Assembly (NCBI GenBank): GCA_000388065.2
Contig: KB932204.1
DNA length: 7,628 nucleotides
Direction: 5' to 3' (one strand)
From: Fonticula alba ATCC 38817
Taxonomy: Eukaryota > Protista > Nucleariida
The position numbers and the translations under genes are program-made. The notes beneath the pieces are model-generated. The model did not search any database, had not been told where the DNA came from, and worked only from the letters and a program-made list of their open reading frames with translations. This document shows, piece after piece, positions 7,083 to 7,628 of the stretch (positions are counted from its first letter, which is position 1; every line of letters starts with the position of its first letter).

Positions 7083-7527
7083 ATGCCGCCCAAGCGCTCG
7101 ATGGACACCGATGGCTTCGAGAGCTCCCGCATCCGCCGTGTGAAGGTGCGTCGCCCCTCTTGCCTGCCGCCCGCCCTGCTGCTCACGAGGGTGGCTTGCG
7201 CCCACACGTCCCCCCCTCCCCCCCGCACTCACACGCCCACACATCCTCGCCCAGACCGACATGATCTCCAGCGACGAGGAGGACGGCATCGGTGACTACG
7301 AGGACGACTTTGGTGACGACTTCGAGGAGGAGATCATCGTCCGGCGCGAGAGCGCCTTCACCGACGACGATGATGACGATGATGATGGCGACGATGAGAT
7401 GATCGGCAACGACCGCCCGGATGGCACGATCGACATCACCAAGCGCCTCGGCATGTCGACCATCACCCTGAAGGACGACGAGGATGACGACGACGAGGAC
7501 CACGAGAGCAACAAGATCAAGACCGAG
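7083..7527 (+). CDS. Acidic low-complexity protein segment, 3' incomplete; either a separate gene starting at 7083 or the continuation of the 6331 gene
   Basis: GCCACCATG context at 7077-7085. Exon 7083-7145 encodes MPPKRSMDTDGFESSRIRRVK. Phase-0 intron 7146-7254 runs GTGCGT..CTCAC..CCCAG. Exon 7255-7527 encodes TDMISSDEEDG...DDDDDDDD...HESNKIKTE (about 40 of 91 residues Asp/Glu). The next donor GTGCCT is at 7528, with GCTGAC near 7600. Confidence 0.75.
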
Positions 7528-7628
7528 GTGCCTGGCCCGATTGCGCGTCTGTCCCCCTTCCTCCTCCTCCCCGCCGCCACGCACCTTCGGCATCTCTCGC
7601 TGACCTGGGCTGCCTGTGTCTCCCACCC

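Noticed and set aside
1-7628. CRISPR arrays, tRNA/rRNA genes, transposons or prokaryotic operons
   Set aside because: No repeat-spacer periodicity, cloverleaf, terminal inverted repeats or transposase/RT motifs seen. The gene structure is spliceosomal and eukaryotic.

Overview
GC-rich, intron-rich eukaryotic genomic DNA with two assembly gaps (1121-1872 and 6276-6288). The long six-frame ORFs are mostly artefacts of GC content, N-runs and stop-free introns. Manual splicing gives one well-supported + strand gene whose 5' end is missing: nine exons between 1956 and 5303 join in frame into about 661 codons. The domain order is helical segment, LIM, LIM, Ser/Thr/Pro linker, RGS(RH), PX. The RGS domain lacks the usual GAP-contact Asn residues, and the PX domain resembles the PI3K-C2/p47phox/Tks type rather than the SNX13/14/25 type. 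After about 1 kb of intergenic DNA, a second + strand locus starts at 6331 and runs off the window end. It has an unrecognised helical N-terminal part and a very acidic part starting MPPKRS at 7083, and I cannot settle whether these are one gene or two. Introns are 96-214 nt with GTRCGY-type donors, CTGAC/CTCAC branch-like motifs, YAG acceptors and C/T-rich simple repeats. The source looks like a GC-rich unicellular eukaryote; Fonticula-like is only a guess from sequence style. I found no supportable RNA genes, mobile elements or CRISPR arrays.
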